This document shows, piece after piece, positions 1 through 11,074 of a stretch of 64,000 nucleotides of DNA. Position numbers and translations under genes: made by a program. The stretch lies in the NCBI GenBank assembly GCA_044892505.1, contig CM097882.1, positions 429,598,001 through 429,662,000 on the forward strand, written 5' to 3'. This DNA comes from Schmidtea nova. Taxonomy: Eukaryota. The notes under the pieces are model-generated. The model ran no database searches, had not been told where the DNA came from, and saw only the letters and a program-made list of their open reading frames with translations. The stretch's first letter is position 1. Each line of letters begins with the position of its first letter.

Positions 1-576
1 ACCTATTAAATCTACTCCAGATTCAGATGAGAACTGGTACAACGAAAAGTGGGAGCTGTGTGATATAATTAATGAATTGTTTATATGCATTAGTTATATT
101 TTAATTATTAAGTTGTTTAAATATTAAGAGTTGGCAGAATTATTTAATTTAATAAAGTTTTGAAGTAATACTGTGATCTTATTTTATTATTATTTTATTT
201 AATCATTGGTATCACTAAAGGTATTATTATATTTTAATCAGTTATAGATTTCAGATATAACCATAAAAATATAACTTTCCGAAAATTCTGTAGAAATTCG
301 ACACTTTGTTGACAATGATTATAATCCCATTGCTTTGTTTATGGGTTAACAATATGTACATGGAAATAATCCTTGTATAGTACGAATATTTTATTGACGT
401 TTTGTATGTTCGCGATGATCGGATTTTATGTGTTATTGATTTGTAATGACTTTAGTTGTTGAAACATTTAATAAATGCCGTCTTATTATTAATTTATTAA
501 TAAGAAAATCATTAAGCTCGTTTGATCATAACTTTTATATAAATGTAAGTGAATAGTTATGAAATTCAGATTGAGT

Positions 577-820
577 ATGGAACTAAAATGGACAAAGCAC
601 CTTCTATCGTTAGCCCCTGAACCCACCCGCAACATTCGTTCAATTATAGCATCGATTCATTCGACGCTCACTTTTTTGCGAATGTCCACACACTTGTTGC
701 ATTACCAACATTACACCGTAGCGGGCAACAAGATGGTTATCTAATGTCTTATGTGTTGAGTTGATGATGTTTTGAGTCATAGTAACAGTCAATGTCATAT
801 TGACTTTCAACAACCCACCA
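577..820 (+). ncRNA. Structured RNA motif family 1, copy C1 (3' end of an LTR-like unit whose start is not visible)
   Basis: ACC-TTCTATC-G, GAACCC, GCTCAC and ATTACCAA/GGG motifs. Stems CATTCG/CGAATG and CTTGTTGC/GCAACAAG. Ends CCCACCA at 820. Confidence 0.7.
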
Positions 821-1568
821 AATATTAAATAAATGTATATACCTATTTCTTTGTCATTTGGTCACTTATTATTATTTTTTTGTGTTAAAATTCATCTAAA
901 AAATCAACCATAAAAAACATAACACTATATTTTACATCAATATTTTTTAAATTAGTCCACTTTCCGTGATCGGATTGATCTGAAATTTTGATAGCATATA
1001 GTGTTCTCGACAATGAATCTACTTGCCAAATATTAGCTCAATCCGAACACGGATTCATTTGGCTTCACAAATTTTGAGTGGCACATTCAAAGATTCAACA
1101 AACATACAAACACCAGCTAAGTTAATATAGACAGAGTAATAATTATAAATAAATTATCACAATTACCAAAAAAACACCAAATAATGAAATATTAATCTAA
1201 TGCAAAGGTCGTATTATCAAATGAGAAACCCCATACACAAACACTTAATTGATCGAAAATTATTGATAAATAAAAAATTTTAGAAATGTTTACTTTTTTG
1301 AGTCTCAAACCGGAACCACTAATTTTTTTAAAATTAATCTTAATCCAAAAAATGAGGTTCAGAAATTTAATTAAAACAAACTATTAAAAAATATTCATTA
1401 ACTTATTTAAGCATCTTAAAATTATTTATCGTCCGAAAAAATTTTCTTAAAGTTTTGTGAAAAATTTAGTCAATTTGAAAAATTTCTAATCCATAGTTTA
1501 AAAAAAATAAAACGGAATATTATATTTGCTATTTGTTTATAAAGACTATTTCTACAGAATTATTAATG

Positions 1569-1639
1569 AACTATTTAAATATATTAAAATTAACAAACTT
1601 TTTAGAAAATAGTTCTATTTCAATTTAAAATTAATCAAT
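1569..1639. repeat. 71-bp AT-rich segment duplicated at 12949-13019
   Basis: Direct match with 3 mismatches; the flanks are unrelated. Confidence 0.85.
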
Positions 1640-1732
1640 AATTATCAGTAAATAAATCAAATCATTATAATTATTAATTTATTTTGTTATAATTTATAAA
1701 ATTCTGTTAATTTATTGAGGAAATAAATTCAG

Positions 1733-2053
1733 GCGGATGATTCTAATGAGGTTGAAATCAGCGATGACAGCCAAGCTGTGAGATCAGACAAAATAGATCT
1801 GATCCTTAAAGCAGCTGGTGATGCTCCAATTTTGAAAAAGAAGAAATGGCTTGTAGAAAGGTCATGGACAGTAAGTCATGTCATTCAGTTTCTGAAGGGT
1901 TTGCTGAAATGCGCAACAGATGAGAATATATTTCTGTTTTGCAATTTATCTTTTGCTCCTTCGCTCGACACTGATTTGGGCTCGCTTTATGATTGCTACA
2001 ACGTCAAGGGGAAATTGATTGTTCATTATTGCAAGACACCTGCTTGGGGCTGA
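1733..2053 (+). CDS. ATG12: Autophagy ubiquitin-like protein ATG12, main coding exon (N-terminus unresolved)
   Basis: KIDLILKAAGDAPILKKKKW...SFAPSLD...LYDCY...KLIVHYCKTPAWG* matches the ATG12 pattern, including the terminal Gly. There is an in-frame TAA at 1724 and a TTCAG acceptor at 1728-1732, and no in-frame ATG, so an upstream exon is required. Confidence 0.9.
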   Translation, partial: ADDSNEVEISDDSQAVRSDKIDLILKAAGDAPILKKKKWLVERSWTVSHVIQFLKGLLKCATDENIFLFCNLSFAPSLDTDLGSLYDCYNVKGKLIVHYCKTPAWG

Positions 2054-2497
2054 TGAGAATAAATAATATAATTTGACTTTAATTATGCATTTTGTTATTG
2101 ATTATTTATTAAATTATTACTTATTTTATATAATATAGTTTAGTTTTTTAAAAATTATATTATTATTGATTACAATTATAAAATTATGACGATATTTGAT
2201 TTTATATGTATATTCAACTTTTACCTCGACCTTATATCGTATAAAATGAACCTGCGAAATCAACGGTTTCCTTAGATTTGCGAATGATGGAAATAAACTT
2301 TGACTTGATTAGTTAATTTCATTTCTGATTACATGAAACCAGTGGGTTATCAATAGGTAGATATGAACTTTCTCACATGAATGATTCCATACTCCATCCA
2401 GTGCACGTGATAACTTGCTGTCTGAATTAGTAATTATTTATCACATGTTGCGGATTAAATAATTCTGCGGTAATTTGAAGCGTTTTATAGCTTTTTT

Positions 2498-3692
2498 GGT
2501 ATAAGTATACAATAGGGGGGCCACTTTTTTTAATTAAATTAAATAAATTTAAATATATAAATATAAATATAATCAATTAAATTTTAAAATATATCATAAG
2601 CCATGAATTTACAACAAATATATGAACTTTCGCGTGACACACTGTCTTTAATAAGACATTTCCAAAGAGTAGGTTTGCTACGAGCCGATCCCACCTGCTC
2701 AAACTGCGGACGCATTATGAAACTTGTAAAAGATTCAAAAGTAGTAAATGAATATATATTTGTTTGTCGTAGTCGGTCACACGTAAATCCGCATCGCAAC
2801 AAACAAACAATTACAACCGGGAGTTTTTTTTGTAATTCCAAATTACATATTCGTGATCTTTTCCTACTAATGTATTTTTGGGGCGCGGAATGCTCTGTTA
2901 AACAAGTTCAGCTTTTTACTAATATTTCAAAAAAAACTATCATTCAATGGTACCAGTATTTTAGAGATATTGCCAGTTGGAAGTTGGTTTCTCAGCCTTT
3001 ACTATTTGGTGGAGTTGATCATATCGTGCAAGCGGATGAATCGAAATTTATGAATTTGATGCATAATCGCGGAGAACCGAGAGGGAATGCACGCAGTGGT
3101 TGGGTTTTCGGAATTATAGACTGTACTACGAAGAATGTACACTTCGAGTTCGTTTATAATAGGACTCAACAAGAAATATTTCCAATTTTTTCGAGTGTTG
3201 TACTCCCGGGAACGACTATTTGGACTGATGAATTCTCTACTTATACTGGTGGTCCCAGACGAGACCCAAATGCCCCTACACCTTTAGCTAAATTGGGACC
3301 GTATGTACACCAGTGGGTGAATCACTCGGAACACTTCATTGATCCCGTTACCGGCGTTAACACCAACGGAATAGAAGGTTCGTGGGCGTTGTGTAAACGA
3401 AAATTTAAGTATATGTTTGGGACACGATGTAGCTTCATTCCTTCGTACCTCGACGAATTCATGTGGAGAAGAAGGTTTTGTCAAAATGAGCGAGCGTTTG
3501 ATATATTGATTGATCAAATAAGACAACGATATGATTTAAGTGTAACGTTAACTTAAATAAAAACTGACTTAATAGTCTTCCCTATATATAAGTATTTTAT
3601 TATACTCTTTTTATTAAATTAATAATTTATTATAATTTAAAATTTATTTAATTTAATTAAAAAAAGTGGCCCCCCTATTGTATACTTATACC
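2498..3692 (+). mobile_element. Merlin (IS1016-like) DNA transposon, apparently intact
   Basis: ~53-bp perfect TIRs starting GGTATAAG. 8-bp TSD GCTTTTTT at 2490-2497 and 3693-3700. Confidence 0.95.
2603..3556 (+). CDS. Merlin DDE transposase, 317 aa
   Basis: N-terminal Cys motif (CSNC...C). Catalytic motifs VQADESKF, IWTDEFSTY, TNGIEGSW, and YLDEFMWRR. Uninterrupted. Confidence 0.93.
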   Translation: MNLQQIYELSRDTLSLIRHFQRVGLLRADPTCSNCGRIMKLVKDSKVVNEYIFVCRSRSHVNPHRNKQTITTGSFFCNSKLHIRDLFLLMYFWGAECSVKQVQLFTNISKKTIIQWYQYFRDIASWKLVSQPLLFGGVDHIVQADESKFMNLMHNRGEPRGNARSGWVFGIIDCTTKNVHFEFVYNRTQQEIFPIFSSVVLPGTTIWTDEFSTYTGGPRRDPNAPTPLAKLGPYVHQWVNHSEHFIDPVTGVNTNGIEGSWALCKRKFKYMFGTRCSFIPSYLDEFMWRRRFCQNERAFDILIDQIRQRYDLSVTLT

Positions 3693-3702
3693 GCTTTTTT
3701 AA

Positions 3703-3917
3703 CCCTTATTAACCAAGTGTTGCCATTTGGCATCACAGTGAATTAAATCATTATTGGCTTCTTTGTACTTGTTTGTATAAGATAATCGTGTATGGAAAAA
3801 TTTATGTATGTACAGAAACATCAGTCGATCTATTACAAACAATTAGATATGTTCTAATGAAGTTTTTTGTGAGAAATAATAGCTTTAAACAAAAAAATTA
3901 ATTCAGCTTATTAAGAG
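3703..3917. mobile_element. Possible short TTAA-flanked MITE
   Basis: TTAA on both sides; imperfect 12-bp TIRs (9/12 match). Confidence 0.3.
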
Positions 3918-4787
3918 TTAAAAACTAATTTTTCTAGTTCCGAATGCGTTATAATTTTTTTGATTACTGACAAAATTATTTTGCCCGACAAAGATTATTC
4001 CATTAAATCCCAGAAAAGTTTCGCCATTTTCTACAAATCTGAAGAAAAGCAAAAATTATCGATAATTTTATGTACAAAAAATATTTTAACAATTATTGAT
4101 TTAAATTTAACCATCGATAATCAACGAATTTATACTCTAAATCCATAAAAGTGTTAGAATGTTTGATTTAACTCAGCGAAAGTTGTTAGCTCTTTAACCC
4201 ACCGTAACCCATAGCTTTTTAACCGCAATAACTTGTTACTTGATTTATTGCTTAAAGTCAGTGGGAAAATAGGGGCTAATCTTTTCCACCGGTTGGATAA
4301 TAGAGGGATTGGTCCCTTCATTGTTATTATTATATTATTAAAAATTTTTTATTTATCTCTATCTGACAATTAACGACTCAAATTAATACAACTTTCTCAA
4401 GTTACTGCTTCTTCGACCAAACTGGCAATTCGATGTTGTTTCCGTGCTGCTTCTATAGTTTTCCAGCTTGTCAACGAATCGATTATGTTTGCTAACTTGA
4501 GATGAAATTAGATTATGAATTTCAATAATTTGAAATTTTCGCTGATTGGAATTTGTTTAATTCAATTTACTTGATCCACGCTTTTCGTAATTTAATTTCA
4601 TCTCGGGTTCTCTTGCTCGGGCTCTCCACTAGCATGAACTCGGACTTTCCATTTATTCTGGTTTTCTACATAACTAAAAAATTATTCATTAATTTTTAAT
4701 TAATTTCTGTTTATTGAAAATATTTTTCTGGGGAACCTCCATTGATATTTTATTATCATATTCACATTCGTCTCCCCATTTGCCATC

Positions 4788-5455
4788 AGTAGGCAGAAGT
4801 GTGCACCATGAGTCATCGCAGAACAAAGGACATGACGTCATCGATGAGTCACCCATACCCCCGATGACTCATCGATGACTCATTTCAAATTTGAATTTTA
4901 TGACGTCATCGATGACTCATTTAAAATTTGAAATTTAAATTTCCAAGGGTCAAATATGGTGAAACCTTCAAACAAGGGTATCATTCGAAAGGTCTTGGAG
5001 AGGTCTATCCAATGGTCATACCCCCGAAAGTGTATGGAGGGTTCTTAACCTTCAAAGGGTCAAAAACCTTCAACCTTTTACAATCCTTATAATATACATA
5101 TCAATCGAAAGGTATTTGAAGGATTCACACAATGGTCATACCTTCGAAGGTCTATGATGGGTGCTCAACCTTCAAAGGGTACAAAACCTTCAAACATTAT
5201 AATATCATTCGAAAGGTAATTGTCAGGTAAGTACAGTGTGTGTGTTACAATCCTTTTTCAAACCTTATAATATACATATCATTCAAAAGGTAATTATCCG
5301 GTAAGTATGGTGTGTATGTGTGTGTGTTATAACTTTTCAACTACTATTTCCTACCCCAATTACAACAAAGACATTGCAATCCATGTGCAACGAAACCAAG
5401 ACTAATCAATTTTATTTATAAATATATTGTTGCGAACGTGTACAAATTTGGTTTC
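4788..5455 (+). repeat. Polinton left TIR (runs into N gap) with TGACGTCA/TGACTCA arrays and tandem subrepeats
   Basis: Diverged inverted copy of 11075-12071. Confidence 0.88.
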
Positions 5456-5755
5456 NNNNNNNNNNNNNNNNNNNNNNNNNNNNNNNNNNNNNNNNNNNNN
5501 NNNNNNNNNNNNNNNNNNNNNNNNNNNNNNNNNNNNNNNNNNNNNNNNNNNNNNNNNNNNNNNNNNNNNNNNNNNNNNNNNNNNNNNNNNNNNNNNNNNN
5601 NNNNNNNNNNNNNNNNNNNNNNNNNNNNNNNNNNNNNNNNNNNNNNNNNNNNNNNNNNNNNNNNNNNNNNNNNNNNNNNNNNNNNNNNNNNNNNNNNNNN
5701 NNNNNNNNNNACCTTTGATCTTTTTTTATTATTATTATCAATAATTCTCATAATG

Positions 5756-5910
5756 ACTATAGATCAAAATTTTTTTTATAAACAATAACACAATATTTCG
5801 GCACAGCCTTTATCAAGTGTGTATTTCTATAATAATAGAAATACACACTTGATAAAGGCTGTGCCGAAATATTGTGTTATTGTTTATAAAAAAAAATTTT
5901 GATCTATAGT
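5756..5910. repeat. Near-perfect 155-bp palindrome made of two Penelope 3' ends, each with a hammerhead-like motif (5788-5820 minus, 5845-5877 plus)
   Basis: ACTATAGATC...GATCTATAGT arms match the PLE tail at about 10749-10820. The block sits between two gaps. Confidence 0.75.
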
Positions 5911-6573
5911 NNNNNNNNNNNNNNNNNNNNNNNNNNNNNNNNNNNNNNNNNNNNNNNNNNNNNNNNNNNNNNNNNNNNNNNNNNNNNNNNNNNNNNNNNN
6001 NNNNNNNNNNNNNNNNNNNNNNNNNNNNNNNNNNNNNNNNNNNNNNNNNNNNNNNNNNNNNNNNNNNNNNNNNNNNNNNNNNNNNNNNNNNNNNNNNNNN
6101 NNNNNNNNNNNNNNNNNNNNNNNNNNNNNNNNNNNNNNNNNNNNNNNNNNNNNNNNNNNNNNNNNNNNNNNNNNNNNNNNNNNNNNNNNNNNNNNNNNNN
6201 NNNNNNNNNNNNNNNNNNNNNNNNNNNNNNNNNNNNNNNNNNNNNNNNNNNNNNNNNNNNNNNNNNNNNNNNNAAGACTTATAAAAAATAATAATAATAA
6301 TAATAATAATAATAAGACTAAGACTTATAATAATAAAAAATAATAACAAGACTTCTAATAATAATAATAAAAATAATAATAACTTATAGATTATAATTAA
6401 AATAAAATAAAAAATTTAGTTTTTCAAAAATAAATCAAAATTATTTTTGTCTAATTCAATTGTCAAATATCCATTCTTTTTCTTATTAATTTTCTTCTTC
6501 TTCTTTGTTAATAATTGACGACAAATCTGGAATAATAATAATAATAATAAATAAAATAAAAAATAAATTTACT

Positions 6574-7135
6574 TTAATATATACCGGTGGATGTTGATGG
6601 CTGATCACGCAATTGCTGCTCCATCCTCACTAGGTATTCATGGAGTCTGCGTGATTCAGCGGTTTCGCCATCATCGAATTCTTCACCGTCATCATCAAAT
6701 CCATCAGGTTCGGCTAGGGTATTGGCTTGATCGTTACCTATAACAGTATTTTCTACCCTATAGTTCCCGTATGCAAAACTTTTATTTTTAGACACCCAAT
6801 TTCGTTTGTCGTCGTTGCAATTGAGTGCTGTTTTTGTATTTTTTACGCTGAATATCTTATGATTTTTAGAAACTATACGAAACTGCGGGACTTTGTATAT
6901 TTTACTATTTGTGTAACAGTCTAGGTAATTAGAATGATGAAGCCCCGCAGTAGCCAAACATATACCCTTGGCTTTTAAACACTCTTCGTCGCCAAGTAAA
7001 CTATAGCATTTAGGCCGAAGAAAAACCCACTCTTCATATTTGAAGCCCTTATTTTCGTCCTTAAACTTTCCTATAACTGAATCTAGATTACGAGAAAATA
7101 AGGGATGGCTCGGGTCTTAGTTTTAAGTATCTAAA
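6574..7135 (-). pseudogene. Protein-primed family B DNA polymerase, C-terminal remnant
   Basis: LLDT*N*DPSHPLFSRNLDSVIGKFKDE...FLRPKCYSL...KAKG...SKNHKIFSVKNTKTALNCNDDKR...AYGNY are typical Polinton pPolB motifs; two stops. Confidence 0.85.
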
Positions 7136-7177
7136 AGTTGATCCCTCACCATAGCGGGCAAAAGAACAGAAAGCCTA

Positions 7178-7581
7178 CAGACAAGCATCCTTTATTTGCA
7201 AACATACTATGGTCTTTATATGGACATGAAATATTTTCTGGAACATCTTCAAATTCTTTAAAATTATATTTAATTAATCTTAATTTCGGAAAATATTTCT
7301 TCAAAACTTGCAATTTTTCATTATCTGTAACATAGAAAATAGCTCCTTTATCTATAATATCATCCATAATACATTTTGGGCAAAATTAATCTAGTCCTTA
7401 AAACCATTCTAAACGATCAGGCCAGAAAGATAAATCACTGTATATATAATTCTGAGGTGTGAAAATATAGGTGTAAAAAGATTAATTAAATATAATTTTA
7501 AAGAATTTGAAGATGTTCCAGAAAATATCTCATGTCCATATAAAGACCATAGTATGTGTGCAAATAAAGGATGCTTGTCTG
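7178..7581. repeat. 104-bp inverted duplication (7178-7281 / 7478-7581) of a Cys/His-containing ORF end
   Basis: The plus copy reads ...ISCPYKDHSMCANKGCLSGVIDYLKQ*; the minus copy is fused toward the pPolB remnant. Confidence 0.8.
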
Positions 7582-8749
7582 GTGTAATAGATTATTTAAA
7601 ACAATAAATGTATTATTCGTGTTTTATTATTATTATTATTATTAATATTTTTATAAACTTGCAGAATTCACATCCAATTTGCAGATTAACATCCATCTAG
7701 CAATACTTTTCGATAATCATAAAGAAATTGCATGCAGACACGCATGCAGACACTCAATTATTTCACATATAAATTTACTTGGGTGTATTCACATCTGCAT
7801 CTACACCCATAAGATATTTCATAAACACATTAGTCACGTAGTGTCTTTGTATAATTGCATCGAACATGCTTCGTGCAATATAACAAAGACATGACTCATA
7901 CTTGGTGAGTGATTTTTAACATACATACTCAGTGTGCACACATACTTTTTCTACCCTATCTCGCTTGTGATTGGCTCGTGAATAAAGTTTGTAATAAACG
8001 TGATATATACTATATGCTTTCATTATTTCGTCACAATTAAAACAAATCTTTTAAAATTTTATAAAATTATTACTTACCAATCAAATGCAAAATATTTCGA
8101 AAACAATCAAAAATATGATCAAGAAAAATGGTAATTTTTAATCTATTTTATTTATTATTTTTATATATAATTTTTCAGCTAACTTTAATTCGACAATGAA
8201 TGTCGTCAGCGCCCCTATGCCCGAAAATCAAAATGGTAAAAATCTTTAATTTTTTGAAAATATTAAATTATTTTTGCATTTTAGTTAGAAATGTCCAATT
8301 CACAAATCAGTTCTACGCTGCAAGTCGGAATGAAAAATTCAATGTAGATATCNNNNNNNNNNNNNNNNNNNNNNNNNNNNNNNNNNNNNNNNNNNNNNNN
8401 NNNNNNNNNNNNNNNNNNNNNNNNNNNNNNNNNNNNNNNNNNNNNNNNNNNNNNNNNNNNNNNNNNNNNNNNNNNNNNNNNNNNNNNNNNNNNNNNNNNN
8501 NNNNNNNNNNNNNNNNNNNNNNNNNNNNNNNNNNNNNNNNNNNNNNNNNNNNNNNNNNNNNNNNNNNNNNNNNNNNNNNNNACTATAGATCAAATTTTTT
8601 TTATAAACAATAACACAATATTTCGGCACAGCCTTTATCAAGTGTGTATTTCTATCGTTATATTTACTTAATCTTAAATAGTAGCCTTAATTATTTTTTT
8701 AATATTTTATAATGATTTTATTGGATGAAAAAATTTATTTTAATTTTTT

Positions 8750-10009
8750 TGTGCGAATTGAATGTTGATGGACGGTTTGTATTTTTTTATGAAAAAAGTC
8801 TCGGAAGCTAATCTTTGTAATGAATTTTTGAATCAATCTTGTAGAATCTGGCATTTTGTTTCTTCTATAGATGGAGTTGTTTTATGTACTTTCTCCCAGT
8901 GTTCGTAATAATTACTGGTTTTGATTTTAGTGTGTTCATTAAGTCGGGTGCGAAAAGTTCTATGTGTTTCTCCTATGTAAGTAGCGTCACATTTTTGGCA
9001 AGAAAGTTTATATACTATATTTTTGGAAAAGCAAAAGCATCGGGTTGTGGAACGGCAAAGACATTTATGTTTGGAGATGTTGGAAATTGGTGGTTTTCGG
9101 AGTTGTGATTTTAACGGTGCGGAGGTTATGAACGTTGGACGGATGTGGATAGGCAAATCTGTTTGATTAAAAATGTTGGTGATTTTGTTGGCTGTAGTGT
9201 CATTTAGGAAAGGTAATCTTAGATATGTTGTGTGTTTGTTATTGTTATTGTGTTTCTGGCGTTTTCTATTGTTGCGTTTATTGTGGTATGGTTCGTTAAG
9301 GAAGTGTTTCTTTACAAAGTCTTCAGGGTATCCATTTTGGAGGAATCGTATTTTGAAGTTTTCTAATGTTTCTTGTATTTTGTTTGCGTCTGAACAGTTT
9401 CTTGTGGCTCTTTTTCTTTCTCCTATTAGTAATGCGATTTTGCGTTGAAGTGGAACGTGGCTTTTCCATGGGAGGATATGACCGCTATGTAAACTTTTAG
9501 AATATAGCTCGGTGTTTGCATTTAGTGTATCTTAGCCTTTTGTAAAACTTACCATGGTATCTAAAAACGGTATTTTACCTTCTGTGTTCGGTGTTTCAAA
9601 AGTGAATTGTATGTTGGTGTTAGTAGAATTTGCGTGTGATAGGATTTGATTGAGAGGGATTGTGGAGACTATGAAGATGTCGTCGATGTATCGTTTCCAG
9701 AAAAGTATTTTGTCCCCAAAAAAAGATATGATCTTAGATTCTATAAAGTTCATGTAGAAGATGGCTAAGATGGGAGAAAGGTTATTACCCATGGCTAATC
9801 CATGAATTTGTTTGAATGGTTTTTCTTTAATTATGACAATATCTGAATTTATTGCTAATTTTAGAAGTTCTATAAAGTCTTGTTTAGTTAAGTCTGCGAG
9901 GTCAGTGTTGGCTTTATGAGTTTCAAAGAAAGAAGCTGCGATATCGAAAATGTTATTCTCTCCGTGAAGAGGAATAGATCCGTAAAGATTGGAAACATCA
10001 AGAGATCCC
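8750..10009 (-). pseudogene. Penelope RT plus GIY-YIG endonuclease, 5'-truncated, two premature stops
   Basis: LDVSNLYGSIP, GLAMGNNLSP, WKRYIDD, IPFLD; then IVYKLSC..C.ATYIGETHR...R..EH. Confidence 0.9.
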
Positions 10010-10662
10010 CAGACGCAAACAAAATACAAGAAACATTAGAAAACTTCAAAATACGATTCCTCCAAAATGGATACCCTGAAGACTTTGTAAAGAAACACTT
10101 CCTTAACGAACCATACCACAATAAACGCAACAATAGAAAACGCCAGAAACACAATAACAATAACAAACACACAACATATCTAAGATTACCTTTCCTAAAT
10201 GACACTACAGCCAACAAAATCACCAACATTTTTAATCAAACAGATTTGCCTATCCACATCCGTCCAACGTTCATAACCTCCGCACCGTTAAAATCACAAC
10301 TCCGAAAGCCACCAATTTCCAACATCTCCAAACATAAATGTCTTTGCCGTTCCACAACCCGATGCTTTTGCTTTTCCAAAAATATAGTATATAAACTTTC
10401 TTGCCAAAAATGTGACGCTACTTACATAGGAGAAACACATAGAACTTTTCGCACCCGACTTAATGAACACACTAAAATCAAAACCAGTAATTATTACGAA
10501 CACTGGGAGAAAGTACATAAAACAACTCCATCTATAGAAGAAACAAAATGCCAGATTCTACAAGAGGGATTCAAAAATTCATTACAAAGATTAGCTTCCG
10601 AGACTTTTTTCATAAAAAAATACAAACCGTCCATCAACATTCAATTCGCACAAAAAAATTAA
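10010..10662 (+). CDS. Penelope GIY-YIG endonuclease 3' fragment (inverted arm, no genuine start)
   Basis: NIVYKLSCQKCDATYIGETHRTFRTRLNEH...RLASETFFIKKYKPSINIQ. Confidence 0.8.
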
Positions 10663-10756
10663 AATAAATCTTTTCATCCAATAAAATCATTATAAAATAT
10701 TAAAAAAATAATTAAGGCTACTATTTAAGATTAAGTAAATATAACGATAGAAATAC

Positions 10757-10789
10757 ACACTTGATAAAGGCTGTGCCGAAATATTGTGT
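10757..10789 (+). ncRNA. Minimal hammerhead-like ribozyme with U3-A8 core variant (also at 8613-8645 minus)
   Basis: ACAC-UUGAUAA-A-GGC(UGU)GCC-GAAA-UA-UU-GUGU: stem I ACAC/GUGU, stem II GGC/GCC, palindromic stem III AAUAUU. Confidence 0.6.
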
Positions 10790-11074
10790 TATTGTTTATA
10801 AAAAAAATTTGATCTATAGTCATTATGAGAATTATTGATAATAATAATAAAAAAAGATCAAAGGTNNNNNNNNNNNNNNNNNNNNNNNNNNNNNNNNNNN
10901 NNNNNNNNNNNNNNNNNNNNNNNNNNNNNNNNNNNNNNNNNNNNNNNNNNNNNNNNNNNNNNNNNNNNNNNNNNNNNNNNNNNNNNNNNNNNNNNNNNNN
11001 NNNNNNNNNNNNNNNNNNNNNNNNNNNNNNNNNNNNNNNNNNNNNNNNNNNNNNNNNNNNNNNNNNNNNNNNNN

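Larger units (their letters stand above)
8582..10820. mobile_element. Penelope-like element 1: 5'-truncated RT-GIY-YIG copy (minus) joined to an inverted copy of its own 3' end (plus)
   Basis: Arms 8582-9392 and 10010-10820 are about 99% identical inverted repeats. The spacer encodes RT. Confidence 0.92.
5456..11074. other. Region containing four assembly gaps (5456-5710, 5911-6273, 8353-8581, 10866-11074)
   Basis: Runs of N, all next to inverted or tandem repeats. Confidence 0.99.

Noticed and set aside
559-744. 61-aa ORF, and similar ORFs at 41223, 55399 and 63067
   Set aside because: They overlap the structured RNA; frames and starts are not conserved among copies.
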